Under the pieces are notes generated by a model that searched no databases, was not told the origin of the DNA, and saw only the letters and a list, made by a program, of their open reading frames with translations. DNA of 64,000 nt. It comes from Tubiluchus corallicola. Lineage: Eukaryota; Animalia; Priapulida. A program made the position numbers and the translations under genes. Positions 1-12,400 of the stretch are shown piece by piece. Positions within the stretch are counted from its first letter, which is position 1. Every line of letters begins with the position of its first letter. The stretch spans positions 1 through 64,000 of the forward strand of contig JAQGDQ010000383.1 in assembly GCA_030141605.1 (NCBI GenBank), in the 5' to 3' direction.

Positions 1-294
1 CGAAAATTGCCGAAAATAGAACTCCTAATTAACTCGTCGGTACTCCTCTCAGTGGACCTGCCCTAAAATATAGCCCACATCATCGTGTAGCTCCGTTCTT
101 CCTCTTTGTAAAGAGCCATATATCTCCTTCCGAGAGTCCCACTGGGCGACGCTAGAACGTTTTTTCCGCAGGCCGTTTGGTCAAAATTTCGAAAAAAATC
201 GCGAGTTGGGTCCGGGAAAACGCCCGTTGCGGGACCCCGTGGCCCTCTCGCGAATTCTAAATAGGCCTATGACACCCATCGCTGAACGGGCTAT
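1..294 (-). mobile_element. Inverted partial copy of the ~1.7 kb Helitron-like unit (runs off the window edge)
   Basis: 1-294 is the reverse complement, with scattered mismatches, of 1769-2061 in the full unit. Confidence 0.85.
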
Positions 295-1492
295 ATTTTT
301 GTTGCGGTCCACTGAGGAGTACCGACGAGTTAATTAGGAGTTCTATTTTCGGCAATTTTCGCTTAGAAAACTACTGACGCAAAGCCATTGTTGTGACGTC
401 ATCCATTGTACTCTGCTGTAATCTTATAGCTTTAATTCAGCAAAAAGCTGCTTTGCGTTATTTAAACATACATTTAGGCATGGTGTTACGGGCTTTGTGT
501 AATAAATGAGGACTAGGTAGGATGTTCGCGTATTATTGATTACACGTGGTTTTTTACGCAAAATCTTTTGCGGGGCCTTTGCTATTTATTATATTATAGC
601 ACATAGTTTCAACTTTGTGAAAAATGTTTGGAATGGTTTTGTTGTAATGCTGTGCTGTTGGTGCTTGTGCTATAGGTGTCGTCATCGTTGCCACCATCAT
701 CATCATCATCATCATCATCAACATCATGATCACCACGTGAGGTGGTGGATTTGATGTGGTGTGGTGGTGGTGTGCTTTGTGTGTTGTGCTCTGGATGGTG
801 TGGTGGGGTGATAGGGTGTGTGGGGTGTGGTGTGGGTAGTGTGGTATGGAGTGGGTGTTGTAGTTCAGTGTGGTGTTATGGTGTGGTGTGGTGCAGTGCG
901 GTGTGATGTGGTGGAGTATTATGGTGTGGGTGGTGTGGTGTGGTGTGGTGTGTGGGTGGTGCGGTGTGGTGTGGTGCAGTGGTATGGTGTGGTGCAGTGT
1001 GGTGTGATGTGGTGGAGTCGTATGGTGTGGGTGGTGTGGTGTGTGGGTGGTGCGGTGTGCTGCGGTGGTATGGTGTGGTGCAGTGTGGTGTGATGTGGTG
1101 GAGTGGTATGGTGTGGGTGGTGTGGTGTGTAGGTGGGTGGGTGGTGTGGTGCAGTGTGGTGTTATGGTGTGGTGCTGTGCGGTGTGATGTGGTGGAGTAT
1201 TATGGTGTGGGTGGTGTGGTGTGGTGTGGTGTGGTGGTATGGTGTGGTGCAGTGTGGTGTGATGTGGTGGAGTGGTATGGTGTGGTGTGATGAGGTGGAG
1301 TGGTATGGTGTGGGTGGTGTGGTGTGTAGGTGGGTGGGTGGTGTGGTGCAGTGTGGTGTTATGGTGTGGTGCTGTGCGGTGTGATGTGGTGGAGTGGTAT
1401 GGTGTGGGTGGTGTGGTGTGATGAGGTGGAGTGGTGTGGTGTGGGTTGTGTGTTGATTTGTGCACAAAATTCTTTTTGTGGGGTTTGGCTAG
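288..1492 (+). mobile_element. Helitron-like non-autonomous unit, copy A (5'-truncated)
   Basis: Aligns to 1986-3207. Ends in a hairpin CACAAAA-ttct-TTTTGTG (1463-1480) followed by CTAG (1489-1492) and then T, the canonical layout of a Helitron 3' end. The repeat is directly visible; the Helitron class is inferred. Confidence 0.6.
735..1450 (+). repeat. GTG/GTGGT-rich complex minisatellite inside unit A
   Basis: Recurring subunits such as gtgtgatgtggtggagtggtatggtgtgg. Preceded by a (CAT)n run at ~692-730. Confidence 0.95.
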
Positions 1493-1519
1493 TCTCTTAT
1501 ATTAATATTCTTGGTATAT

Positions 1520-3207
1520 TTATTTATATATAAGATTCGAGGCTACAGCCCGGACGAGGGCACCATTTGCGGCGATCTATACATCAAACGAAAGGTCTCG
1601 ATCTAGTGTCGTCTCATTGGGGGTTTATTTTTCGAATGGGGCCCACCGCGAGGAACGGGGGGCGAAAAACCTCCAAAAATGGCCATTTTTCGGCCGTTTT
1701 TTGCAAAAGTTATACGGCTGAGATGTAGAGAACGGGAACGGGCCGAGGGTGGTGCTGGGTATGGATAGATAGCCCGTTCAGCGGTGGGTGTAGTAGGCAT
1801 ATTTAGAATTCGCGAGAGGGCCACGGGGTCCCGCAACGGGCGTTTTCCCGGACCCAACTCGCGATTTTTTCGAAATTTTGACCAAACAGCATGCGGGAAA
1901 AACGTTCTAGCGTCGCCCGGTGGGACTCTCGGAAGGAGATATACGGCTCTTTAGAAAGAGGAAGGACAGGGCTACACGATGATGTGGGCTATATGTTAGG
2001 GCAGGTCCACCCAGAGGAGTATCAACGAGTTAATTAGGAGTTCTATTTTCGGCAATTTTCGCTTAGAAAACTGTTGACGCAAAGGCATTGTTGTGACGTC
2101 ATCCATTGTACTCTACTCTGCTTATAACTTTAATTCAGCAAAAAGCTACCGGCTTTGCGTTAGTTAAACAAACAGTGGGCATGATGTTAGGGGCTTTGTG
2201 TAATAAATGAGGACTAGGTAGGATGTTCGCATGTTATTGATTACACGTGGTTTTTTACGCAAAATCTTTTGCGGGGCCTTTGCTATTTATTATATTATAG
2301 CACATAGTTTCAACTTTGTGAAAAATGTTTGGAATGGTTTTTTTGTAATGATGTGCTGTTGGTGCTTGTGCTATAGGTGTCGTCATCGTTGCCACCATCA
2401 TCATCATCATCATCATCAACATCATGATCACCACGTGAGGTGGTGGATTTGATGTGGTGTGGTGGTGGTGTGCTTTGTGTGTTGTGCTATGGGGTGTGGT
2501 GGGGTGATAGGGTGTGTGGGGTGTGGTGTGGGTAGTGTGGTATGGAGTGGGTGGCGTGGTGTGTGGGTGGGTGTTGTGGTGCGGTGTGGTGTTATGGTGT
2601 GGTGCAGTGCGGTGTGATGTGGTGGAGTATTATGGTGTGGGTGGTGTGGTGTGTGGGTGGTGCGGTGTGGTGTGGTGCAGTGGTATGGTGTGGTGTGATG
2701 TGGTGGAGTGGTATGGTGTGGTGTGGTGTGGGTGGTGCAGTGTGCTGCAGTGGTATGGTGTGGTGCAGTGTGGTGTTATGGTGTGGTGCTGTGCGGTGTG
2801 ATGTGGTGGAGTATTATGGTGTGGTGTGTGGGTGGTGCAGTGGTATGGTGTGGTGCAGTGTGGTGTGATGTGGTGGAGTGGTATGGTGTGGGTGGTGTGG
2901 TGTGTAGGTGGTATGGTGTGGTGCGGTGTGGTGTGATGTGGTGGAGTGGTATGGTGTGGGTGGTGTGGTGTGTAGGTGGTATGGTGTGGTGCGGTGTGGT
3001 GTGATGTGGTGGAGTGGTATGGTGTGGGTGGTGTGGTGTGTAGGTGGGTGGGTGGTGTGGTGCAGTGTGGTGTTATGGTGTGGTGCTGTGCGGTGTGATG
3101 TGGTGGAGTGGTATGGTGTGGTGCAGTGTGGTGTGATGAGGTGGAGTGGTGTGGTGTGGGTTTTGTGTTGATTTGTGCACAAAATTCTTTTTGTGGGGTT
3201 TGGCTAG
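1520..3207 (+). mobile_element. Helitron-like non-autonomous unit, copy B (~1.7 kb)
   Basis: Tandem copy of unit A with the same hairpin + CTAG end (CTAG at 3204-3207). AT-rich start (tttatatataagattc); exact 5' end uncertain. No Rep/helicase ORF. Confidence 0.6.
2432..3165 (+). repeat. GTG-rich complex minisatellite inside unit B
   Basis: Same subunits as 735-1450, in a different order and number. Confidence 0.95.
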
Positions 3208-3236
3208 TCTCTTATATTAATATTCTTGGTATATAT

Positions 3237-3575
3237 ATAGTCTCCCTATATAGCGGCAGAGACGGGCTTACACAAAAATCTTGACTTTTAATTTGACCTT
3301 GAAACATGTAATATCACATATGCCAAAGTCCATAAGGCGCAAAATACCCAGTGATATTTTATACCATTTTTGGTATTTTTCACATAATAATATTTATGTT
3401 CGACCCAGAAATGTGAGCTGCTCCCATCACCAACGGAAAATTCCAATATGTTTTCCCATGTATATGTGGCTACTTTTCTAGTAAACACATTAATAAATAT
3501 GATTAATGTAAATTGTATATATTTTGTGTCTGAATGGGAAGCAATACTACACTCGTGCACTTAACCGAGCAAAAC
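3237..3575 (-). mobile_element. Possible Helentron-associated (HINE-like) short element
   Basis: Terminal hairpin gtctc...gagac near 3240-3263, tgacctt motifs, and a T-run plus GCTCGG...CGAG inverted motif at the other end. Pattern resemblance only. Confidence 0.3.
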
Positions 3576-4640
3576 TAAACTATAAACGAAATTTTGATCT
3601 GATATTCTCCACAAATCTCAAAACATGAAGACACAATTACTGCAGATGTAAACTTGGTACTTTATTGACACTTCGACGCATTTCTATTGCAACATATACT
3701 AACCAACGTAAATAAAAAAAATCTAAACATACAAATCGCAGCTACATTTACCCTTTATTTTTGAAATAATATTTTTTATAAACCAGGAACTAGAGTAATT
3801 GGCACAAAGAAAATTACTGCGAAGTGTTTAAATGACAGGGTACCAACGACATGGTGGTGTTTGTTTGAAGAATATCTGTATATTTTGCCATATCCCTTTT
3901 CGAATAAATTCTTACACTTACCGCAATGATAAGCAGACTCTGCCATCCTGTTCCAAAGATCAACGCCATGGCTATCAATTACAAGAGAAATATCAAAAAG
4001 CGTAGCGAGTGTTTTAGTAACAAGACGCACACTGTCAAACAAGCTTCATGTGACGAAAGTGGCTATCTTAAAGTGTGGTAAAGAATATGTAAAAGTCGTT
4101 GACCTTAGTTTTCTTTAAAAAAATTTAAGCTATAGGCAATTAGGTTACAAGTGCACGCACTCTGCTGGCATTAGCAATTCTGTCAATGTCAAAGGTGTTG
4201 TTAATGAGTTTAATGCGGAGAAGTTTTCAGATTCAACCAAAGCTTACAACAATCGGCTTTACTGTCAAAATGTAGTTTTGATATAACCTGATGACTATTC
4301 TGCAGGAGCGACCCATTTGACAAGGAAGCAAGATATATTTTTTACCATGAAATTGCAGATAATTAAGAAATTGGTGCGTTTCTTAAAAGCCAGATTAGGG
4401 GAAACTCAGCAAATCTTAATAACGTGGTTTTTGTCTGAACAATTGAGATGGCATATCCTAATGAAACAAACTGCTAATAATCAGCCTAGTCATCGGTGAC
4501 ACGCTTTCAAACTGAGTTAGCAAAATCTACTTGAATATTTTTTGTAAAAGTATTAAAAGTAATAGAGAAAGATTGATGACTAGCCATCTTTCCACTGTTC
4601 CTGTATAGTTTTCCTGTTAGTTTTTCCACGCCGCTCGTTT

Positions 4641-5810
4641 TATATATATATATATTAATTCTTTATTTGTCATAAAAACGGTTCCCTCATTATAATAAAA
4701 TTGAGTTAGCCTCAGCGTAATGTTAAAATAACAACACTGTTCAAGACAAATGCGTCCAGTGCATACTAAAAAAACTAAAGTGCAAACTATATACAATATA
4801 ATGAACATATTTACAAATACCATATTAAAATATTTTCACAGACAATTATAGGAAAGTACATTAAATTTTACATTACATAGTGCACACTATTTATACATTT
4901 AACATTACGAAACACGAAACTAACATAACACGTATTACATTACATAATTTTTTTAAAAAAATTTCATTTTTAATCATTATATGGAGTCAGGGGCGGGGGT
5001 ATATGAAAGTGGAGTCCGTGTAATTAGTATCAGATGCACAATGTGGAAGTTGAAACCTGTTATATTGATATTCTTTTAATTTCTTTTTAAAGTGGTGGAG
5101 AGATTCTATTTGTTTTATTTCACTGGGTAGTAAGTTCCATAAATGTATGGCCTGTTTTGATATAGAGTTATTTCCAAATTTATTGTTTACTGTAATTTGC
5201 TTTAAATTGTATGTTCTAGTGTTCAATGTGGTATCAGGAATAAATGCTAAGGGATTGTTTATAAATGGAATGCTCAGTTTATTTATATATTTATAAAGAA
5301 ATATCAGTGTTTTGTAATCTCGATAGGCTTCTAATATTGGTATTTTTGTGGACGTTCTTAAGCTTGTTGCAGAAGCAGCATGTTGTTTAGCAGTTTTGTT
5401 AGAGTAGCCATGAATTAATCTAAGTGCGTAGTTTTGCATCGTATTTAGTTTTCTAAAGTTTTCATATTTAACGTTTTGAAGTAAAGTGCAACCATATAGA
5501 TAATGTGGTAATATTAGACTTTTGTAGATGAGAATTTTTGTTTTCTTGGTTAGATGGCCTCTGGTTTGGCGTAAGAATGTCGTGCTTAATGCCATCTTGT
5601 TGTGTATTTGATGAAACTGTTCATCCCAAGTGAGTTTATTGTCGACAGTAATGCCTAAAAATTTTACAGTTTTTGCTTGTTCTATGGAACAGTCACCTAC
5701 TTTTAGTGTTGCATTAGAAGTAATGTCATTGGATTTGGGTGATATTACCATAAATTCTGTCTTATCATCATTCATTTTTAAACCAAAATAGTTAAATGCT
5801 GCATTTATAT
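4641..5810 (-). mobile_element. 5'-truncated LINE (CR1/L2/Crack group), C-terminal ORF2 plus 3' UTR
   Basis: ORF 5775-4987 has LINE post-RT motifs: LKMNDDKT, VKFLGITVDNKLTW, IYKSLILP, QNYALRLI, LWNLLP...SLHHFKKKLK. The 3' UTR ends with AATAAA (4667-4662) and a (TA)n tail. Confidence 0.9.
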
Positions 5811-6869
5811 TTGTTATGTAAATGCAGCATTTAACATGCTGTTTTAATATAGGAAAGGATAATTTCTGATTAATTACTTATAATGGACTCATAGGAATCC
5901 CCAATCACACGGACAGAAGCAAAAAAGCGGCGGATACCTTGATTCTTGAAAGATCGAGAAATAATCATGTGCTTTAATTATTATTTTGCATACATTGTCA
6001 TCCTATTGTGATCCAGTGACTGCTGCTAATTGCTGAGCAGCTCGGCCATTTCGATGCCCGGAGTCGTGAAAAATCTGTTCACCGAAAAATCAAGTTTATA
6101 TTTTCAAATTTCACATTTTCAACTTGTGAACTACAAAGACAGCTATAATTGCATGTTTATTGTTTGCCTTTGTTTTGTGACTTTCTCTGCGACTACTTGG
6201 CCTAGATTATTCGCCCATATCACATTCGCCTCTCGTTTATTTGCATGCCGACCATTATGTCAAACTCATTATACTAAAATTAGCGTTTTGTGAAAGGTGA
6301 ATGTTAGGTAGCTGGTCCAGTTCTTGCTATAACTTTTGCCATCGTTACTTTTATTTTTTATAAATGAAAGCCATGGAGTATATTGGCGATATACAAATGG
6401 TGGAAAAGCAGTGTGGATAATCATATCAATGTGAATCCAGGTAATAAAGTCACAGTTATAAAAGTCAAAGAAAAAAGTTGCGTTAAAAAGTCACAAGAAA
6501 AAGGAAATAACCTTAACCCTGTGATATTGAACAAAACGCGATTTTTTTCTTACATACATGTAATGCTGTCGTTAAGAACAGTGCTCACAATATGTACAAG
6601 TCATGTACTGCCAGTGATTTAAAATATTTTCTGTTTTATTACTTTAATTGTTTATGGTACTTAAATAAATTGTGACCGACTTGAATATTCTTGTTTAATT
6701 ACCTGACTTTCTTTCCTGACCAAAATTGCGACTCTTTCCGGCCACCATAAATTGGTGTTGCCTTTTTTCCCGTAATAATTTTATTACCCGTCACCATTCA
6801 TCTAGCGAATCACTTCATCAAACTGAATATTCCAGGTTACAGTCGTTTTACGGGAAGATCGATAATGCG

Positions 6870-7178
6870 TCTTAACTACACGTGGCACGTGTGTAAAGCA
6901 AAGCCGCCTACTGCATCAGTTTTGTAACTTCAGTTGTTTTACATGGATTTTACCAGATTTTGCATTAGTTTGTGCGTAGAGTGATTTACTAGCAGGATCT
7001 TGCTTGCGAACAAGAAAAAATGAACTAGGTAAGGTTTTAGCTAGCTGTTAAAACTGTTACTATTGCAATAGCTTAGGCTGTGAGGTGTTATCAAGTGTTG
7101 TGGTTCACAAATGCGTTGTCAAGTTAATCTTCGACCTTTACACGATCATCATCAATCGCTGGAACTATGAAAAGGCTT
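6870..7178 (+). mobile_element. Partial copy of the MITE at 28363-28692
   Basis: Shares gtaaagcaaagccg, ttcagttgttttacatggattttac and cacgatcatcatcaatcgctggaact.tgaaaaggctt with that element. Confidence 0.8.
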
Positions 7179-7555
7179 ATTCTAGTAATCATCTGTGCCC
7201 GTGAACTGCGGCATTTCTGAACTTTGCCGAACGCAGTGCTCCGGAAATGTGCGACTTCGTATTGTATATTGCAAAAACCCCATGTTTTATAAAAGATGTA
7301 ACTTGTAAATACTTTTTAGTAGTATATCAGATTATATAGAGCATGCATATAGACATTATGTATCAAATCATATTGAAAATTTACATTGCTTACCTCATTT
7401 GCGCACATTACCTAATTAACATTTAACATTGAAATTACTTAGTTGTTATTGTATATTTAACTTGGTGGAGATAGATGAATTTTAAATCAAATCAATGCGA
7501 AAGGGATTATTATTTAGTCTCTGACTGTTGTTCAAGTATTAGTGGTGGTACATGT

Positions 7556-7894
7556 CTGCCTTATTAAAGTTTAAGAAACCTGACCTCTAATTTTTATCTC
7601 TTTTATATCAGAATGTGCAAATAAATACTAGATTTTATTTTACGATTGTGATTTTTCACTTTCTGTTTGATAACACTTGCATCATTCAAAGTCTGTATAC
7701 AATTATAGCTATTCTAGTATTTGATAGTAAGTATTTCTGGCATAAAATACTGGAAAAGTTATCATTGGATACAGACATTGAATAGCGTACCTGCTGTCTA
7801 TCAGAAAGTGACAAAAATTTTGTATTTATTGTACATTTTGAGTTAAAAAGAGATGAAAATTAGAGGTCAAGTTTTTTAAGCTTAAATAAGGCAG
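7556..7894. mobile_element. MITE with ~50-bp terminal inverted repeats
   Basis: Left end ctgccttattaaagtttaagaaacctgacctctaatttttatctctttt; reverse complement of right end ctgccttatttaagcttaaaaaacttgacctctaattttcatctctttt. Confidence 0.8.
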
Positions 7895-9417
7895 TATTGA
7901 TCAACATTCAAAGTGTTTCATATTTATCATTATGCTGGTAACATTGCATTTATGCTGTGTTATTTCTTCTCAAAATAACTGAAACGCATAAACGTATTCC
8001 AAAATATGCATGAAATCTACACATATAGATGTTGTACAGCTGAGATTACTGACTCACCGCGGCCGTCACTAAGCAAGTACATGATCTTCAAAAACAATGT
8101 AAGTAAAAATTGTACAATCTATGTACTGCGCGGACGGGTTTTCATTAACAGTCTCTGATACTTTGCGTTTTGCATCATTAACAAATCTATATAATGTGCC
8201 TCGCTAAATGACACTGATAGTGAGCCAACAGTTCACATTGCTCCAGGCATTAGCCGAGTGCTACAACTGTTCTACAAAAAAAGAAAAAAACAGCACAGAA
8301 CAACTTACTGCATTAATATATGCAGAACAACTTACTAAATTACTCCTTGAAAAATTTGGTATTGTAACCCTCGGAAGTCTCGAGAAGCCTGCAGTATTGG
8401 GAATATGATCAGAGCAGTGACTTAAAGAACTCGAGATCTTCCAGCACATCTTGCAAATGTCTCACAAGCTTGTCTTATGAATAGCAATTACAGTCGCCTT
8501 TGTATCACCTCTTTACCTTTACGGATTGCTCTAATGTGTTTGGCGGGTTTGAGATCCGGGTAAGGAATGCAGTTAAAATCTCGTTCAGGAGTGCATGTGA
8601 ATGTACTTTTTTCTAGAGCAGACTCAAACAGTGAGCTTGTATTAGAAAAAAAACACCAAGCATGTGCACACCTAAGCTTATAAACAGGGGTCTACTTTAG
8701 ATCCTTGTCAGTATTCAGTGACGTTCTCTGCAGTGTGTTTCTCTTAGCAAGCTCTTTTCATACTCACCGCCAGGCTTTGCGCAAATGGGCTGGCTGAGTC
8801 ATCCCTTCTATTTTCGACATTTTGGTAAGCTGGCTATGCAGTCTGCTTCAGTAATAATGAATCGATAAATTAATTCAACTAATTGATACCATCATTTTAT
8901 TTTAGCTTAAACGTTTGGTTAACTAAAGCCTAAACACATGCAACACACCCCCTTTTAAGCCGCAATGTAATCTTCCCCATCTCCTTCGTGAATGAAAGGC
9001 AGTCCATTATGATAGATAGTTTTAGCAATACTTGGATGCAATAGCTTGTTCTGTACTGTTGCTATTAGTTTTTCTGCCCTCCTATTCCCAGCAAAAGATT
9101 ACGTAGCACCCTGTGTGCACATGTCATTGTCACCTATATAGTGTGGTATGTAACCTTTTATTGCATTAAAGTACTGCTAAATCATGCCTTCAAAAATTTG
9201 GTATGTAAACTTCAGATATCTCGTATAGCCCGCAGTCTTGGGGCCTGCAGTTCTGTAGTCTAATAATATTAACGTTAATAAAAAAAGAAAGTGACATTTG
9301 CACATTTTTTTATTTTTTACAAAAGGTGTTTCGTTTTCATCATTCGTATAATGGAAACACTATAATTGTTTGTTACTTCACTTCGTTCGTTAAGTTATGC
9401 GTCTTAACCAACATACA

Positions 9418-12400
9418 TTATGATTTACTGGTAATCCAATCATAATATTTACTGACGCGTGTATAGACAGCTGCCTTGTATGGCATATTGCATGGATAAA
9501 ATCCCCATGAAACGATTCCGACTTGCCGCTTGAACCCACGAAAATCTGTCATTACCAGTGGATTTCCAGCGTCTCCCTAGAAAACAATTTTTTTCAATTA
9601 AATTTAATTAAAATATTTTATTTTGTTTTATTTTATTTCGCATTCATCAAAAATATACATTAGAAATTACTATAAAACAATAAAAATATGAATGTGGGCA
9701 GAGACGTAAAGAGACAAGCGGCTTACATATGCCTGTCATACACAAGCCATTTATTAAAATGTAAAAACTTCGGTCTTTGAAAATTTTAGAATTGCTTGCA
9801 GTGACCAAAGGTGCATCATTTACCGAGCTGGGCAAGGAGTTCCACACTTGAACAACACGGCTGGAGAATAAAAACCCAAAACCTTCTTTTTATTCGTTCT
9901 ACGAACATATAGTATTCATCCCTATTACAAAATGATTTAAAATAAGTATACCAGGTTGAGTGAAGTACATAGAGATGGGGTGGCGAGAAACTGAAGGACA
10001 TCGAGTCAACCACCGCTATATAATTCAGATTTCTGTAGTAGTCTGTGTGTTATTAGAAAAGAAAAATGACAATGAAATATTGACGTTGACATTTTTTCTA
10101 TTTAACCCACAACTATCGCCACGTAATAGTCTTTTGAAAACATTCAGACTTTTACGATGTAATGTAATGACAGATATCGAGTAGTATGCAAAGAATGTTT
10201 GTTTACTTTGTTTACTATCGTCTTGTAAACTTACACGAAGTTGCAAATATATTATACCAGCTTACGGTAAATTTAAACGGAATCAATACAACTGACAAAC
10301 GACAGCAACTAAAATGAAAACGTATTGAAAGTCGAACGACAATGTGTACGAGAACAATGAGACATCGATGCACATTTTTCTGAATGGTTTTCCAATGTTT
10401 TACAGAGCACTCTTTTAACAAAAGAGTCTACTTGAAAAATTGAAAATGATATTGAATATCATTTTCAATTCAAATGAATATGTGCCAACTAGCGCGGACG
10501 ACAAAATCACAATTAGACAACAATGCTTAATTGTCTTCTTTCAACTTCGTCAACCCTGCACGCTAATATAAAATCAAAATAAATAATTCCATGAATTTTC
10601 CCATTACTATGCAAAATGACTTATATAGTGTTGTCGTCCAACGAAGCTGCGTCGCGGACAAACAAAAAACTTTACAAAAGGAAACAAACTTTACTAGTTG
10701 TGCCAATTTTGTAGCAAAAGCGTCAACATCCTTGCATTCAACCAAAATGGCCAAACTGCTAATAAAAACCGTTTTAAAATTTTTCATTTATATGCAATTT
10801 CTGTTAGTGGACGTATGACACGCACGTGACTTTCACCAAGTGTGAAGCCTGAATGCAGTCCGAAATCTAAACCACTCGGCCACCCAACACAAGACGATGG
10901 TAGTTACATTTTTGTTTAGTCATAAGCATGCTCCCTGCTTTAATTGCACTATAATCAGCCTTACAGCTGTGACATCACTTGATGCATCCGTCACAAAATA
11001 CATTACCTCAACATCTTTGACATGACTTGATGCATCCGTCAAAAAACACGTTACCTCACTATCTGTGACATCACTTGATGAATCCGACAAAAACACATTA
11101 CCTCAGCATCTGTGACATCACTTGATACACCCGTCACAAAACACATTACCCCACCATCTGTGACATCATTTGATGCAGTCGTCAAAAACACATTACATCA
11201 CCATCTATGACATCACTTGATGCATCAGTCACAAAACATATTACTTCACAAGTGACATGTAATATCAAGCCTTAATAGTATGTAGCATGAGACGGAATAT
11301 TAAATGATGTGTAGCACGACATGACAGACGAAACAAGTTAGCATCGCTTGACATACAAGCTTACTTTTTAACGCGACAACAAATGTCAAATATAGATACT
11401 TGAAGCATGAAGTCATATGAGATGGACCAACATGATACGGGTCACATGTCATTTAAAATTTGGTGTGAAATAGAGTGTCTTGTGATAGATGCATCAAGTA
11501 ATATTACAGGTCAAATAATGTTCATTTGTCTATGACTCACACGTCCGATGCATGCATGATTCACACATATCACTATCATGACAAAAAGTTGTTTATGTTT
11601 ACCCCGTATGGACACACAACTTGAGAGTTTTGTTCCAGGTCTAGTGCACACATCATGCCGTCCGAGATGTATTCTGGCGGCCAGTACAAATTGTCTCCAG
11701 TGCATTGTTCGTTATTTATAACATCAACTGTAGCCACCTTTAATGTCTTCGAAATGCTACCATCTGGCAAAGACAATGTACACTAAGTCATCAGTGTTGT
11801 AAAGGATCAGTAATCTGTGTTTCATTGATATTTTCAATAATGGATGCCAAATTTATTAAAAGCGCTGTTCGTAAATATCGTTTTCTTCTTGGGCTTCTTA
11901 TCTGAGGAATTCTCAATCTGAGAAAATTATTTCCCTGCAAACTGCAACCTATTTCGAATCAAGACGAACATATGACGTTTGTCTTGAGTCGACGCTAGGA
12001 AGTTAGTTACACGATTTATATTTCTCAGGATTCACATATATATATTCATACATATATAAAAAATCCGAGTAATCAATGGGTGAACACTAGCACTACAATA
12101 ACAAAGAAAAAATCTTATAAGTAAATAATAAATAAAAGTATTATCCTTTGGGGGCCCTTGGCTAAGGAAATTATGGGCCAATCAGACGGAGCCATCTTCT
12201 AATAAGCCCGAACCTGTCTTGACTATTTTTTACTCGTGATATATTTTAGCGACATTTACATAGCTTGAAGTAAACTTATTGCAAATTCTTCAAAAAACTA
12301 AAACATCTATTTTTTGTTTGTATATATAAAAAATTGTTTGTCAATTTTCTAAGAAATACCACTAATTTACTACTTACTACTGCAAACCAAATTAGCACAT

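Noticed and set aside
735-3165. Telomere or subtelomere interpretation of the GT-rich arrays
   Set aside because: No TTAGGG/TTAGG array; the tracts are internal to a larger repeated unit.
536-3182. His/Thr/Pro-rich and Val/Trp/Cys/Gly-rich ORFs up to 303 aa
   Set aside because: Translations of the GTG minisatellite. They are open in several frames on both strands and are not conserved in frame between the two units.
3900-4500. Possible decayed coding sequence
   Set aside because: Multiple stops in every frame and no motif I can recognise.
8420-8820. Minus-strand ATG-initiated frame (MSKIEGMTQPAHLRKAWR) followed by a GTGAGT donor-like site
   Set aside because: No partner exon or recognisable homology; the stop frequency is compatible with chance.
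10025-10246. GDSCG in a minus-strand ORF as the protease catalytic-serine exon
   Set aside because: No suitable acceptor and no downstream GIVSWG/YTRV motifs; exon 9576-9418 supplies all of these.
10967-11255. CRISPR-like array
   Set aside because: No unique spacers, eukaryotic intron context, no cas genes.
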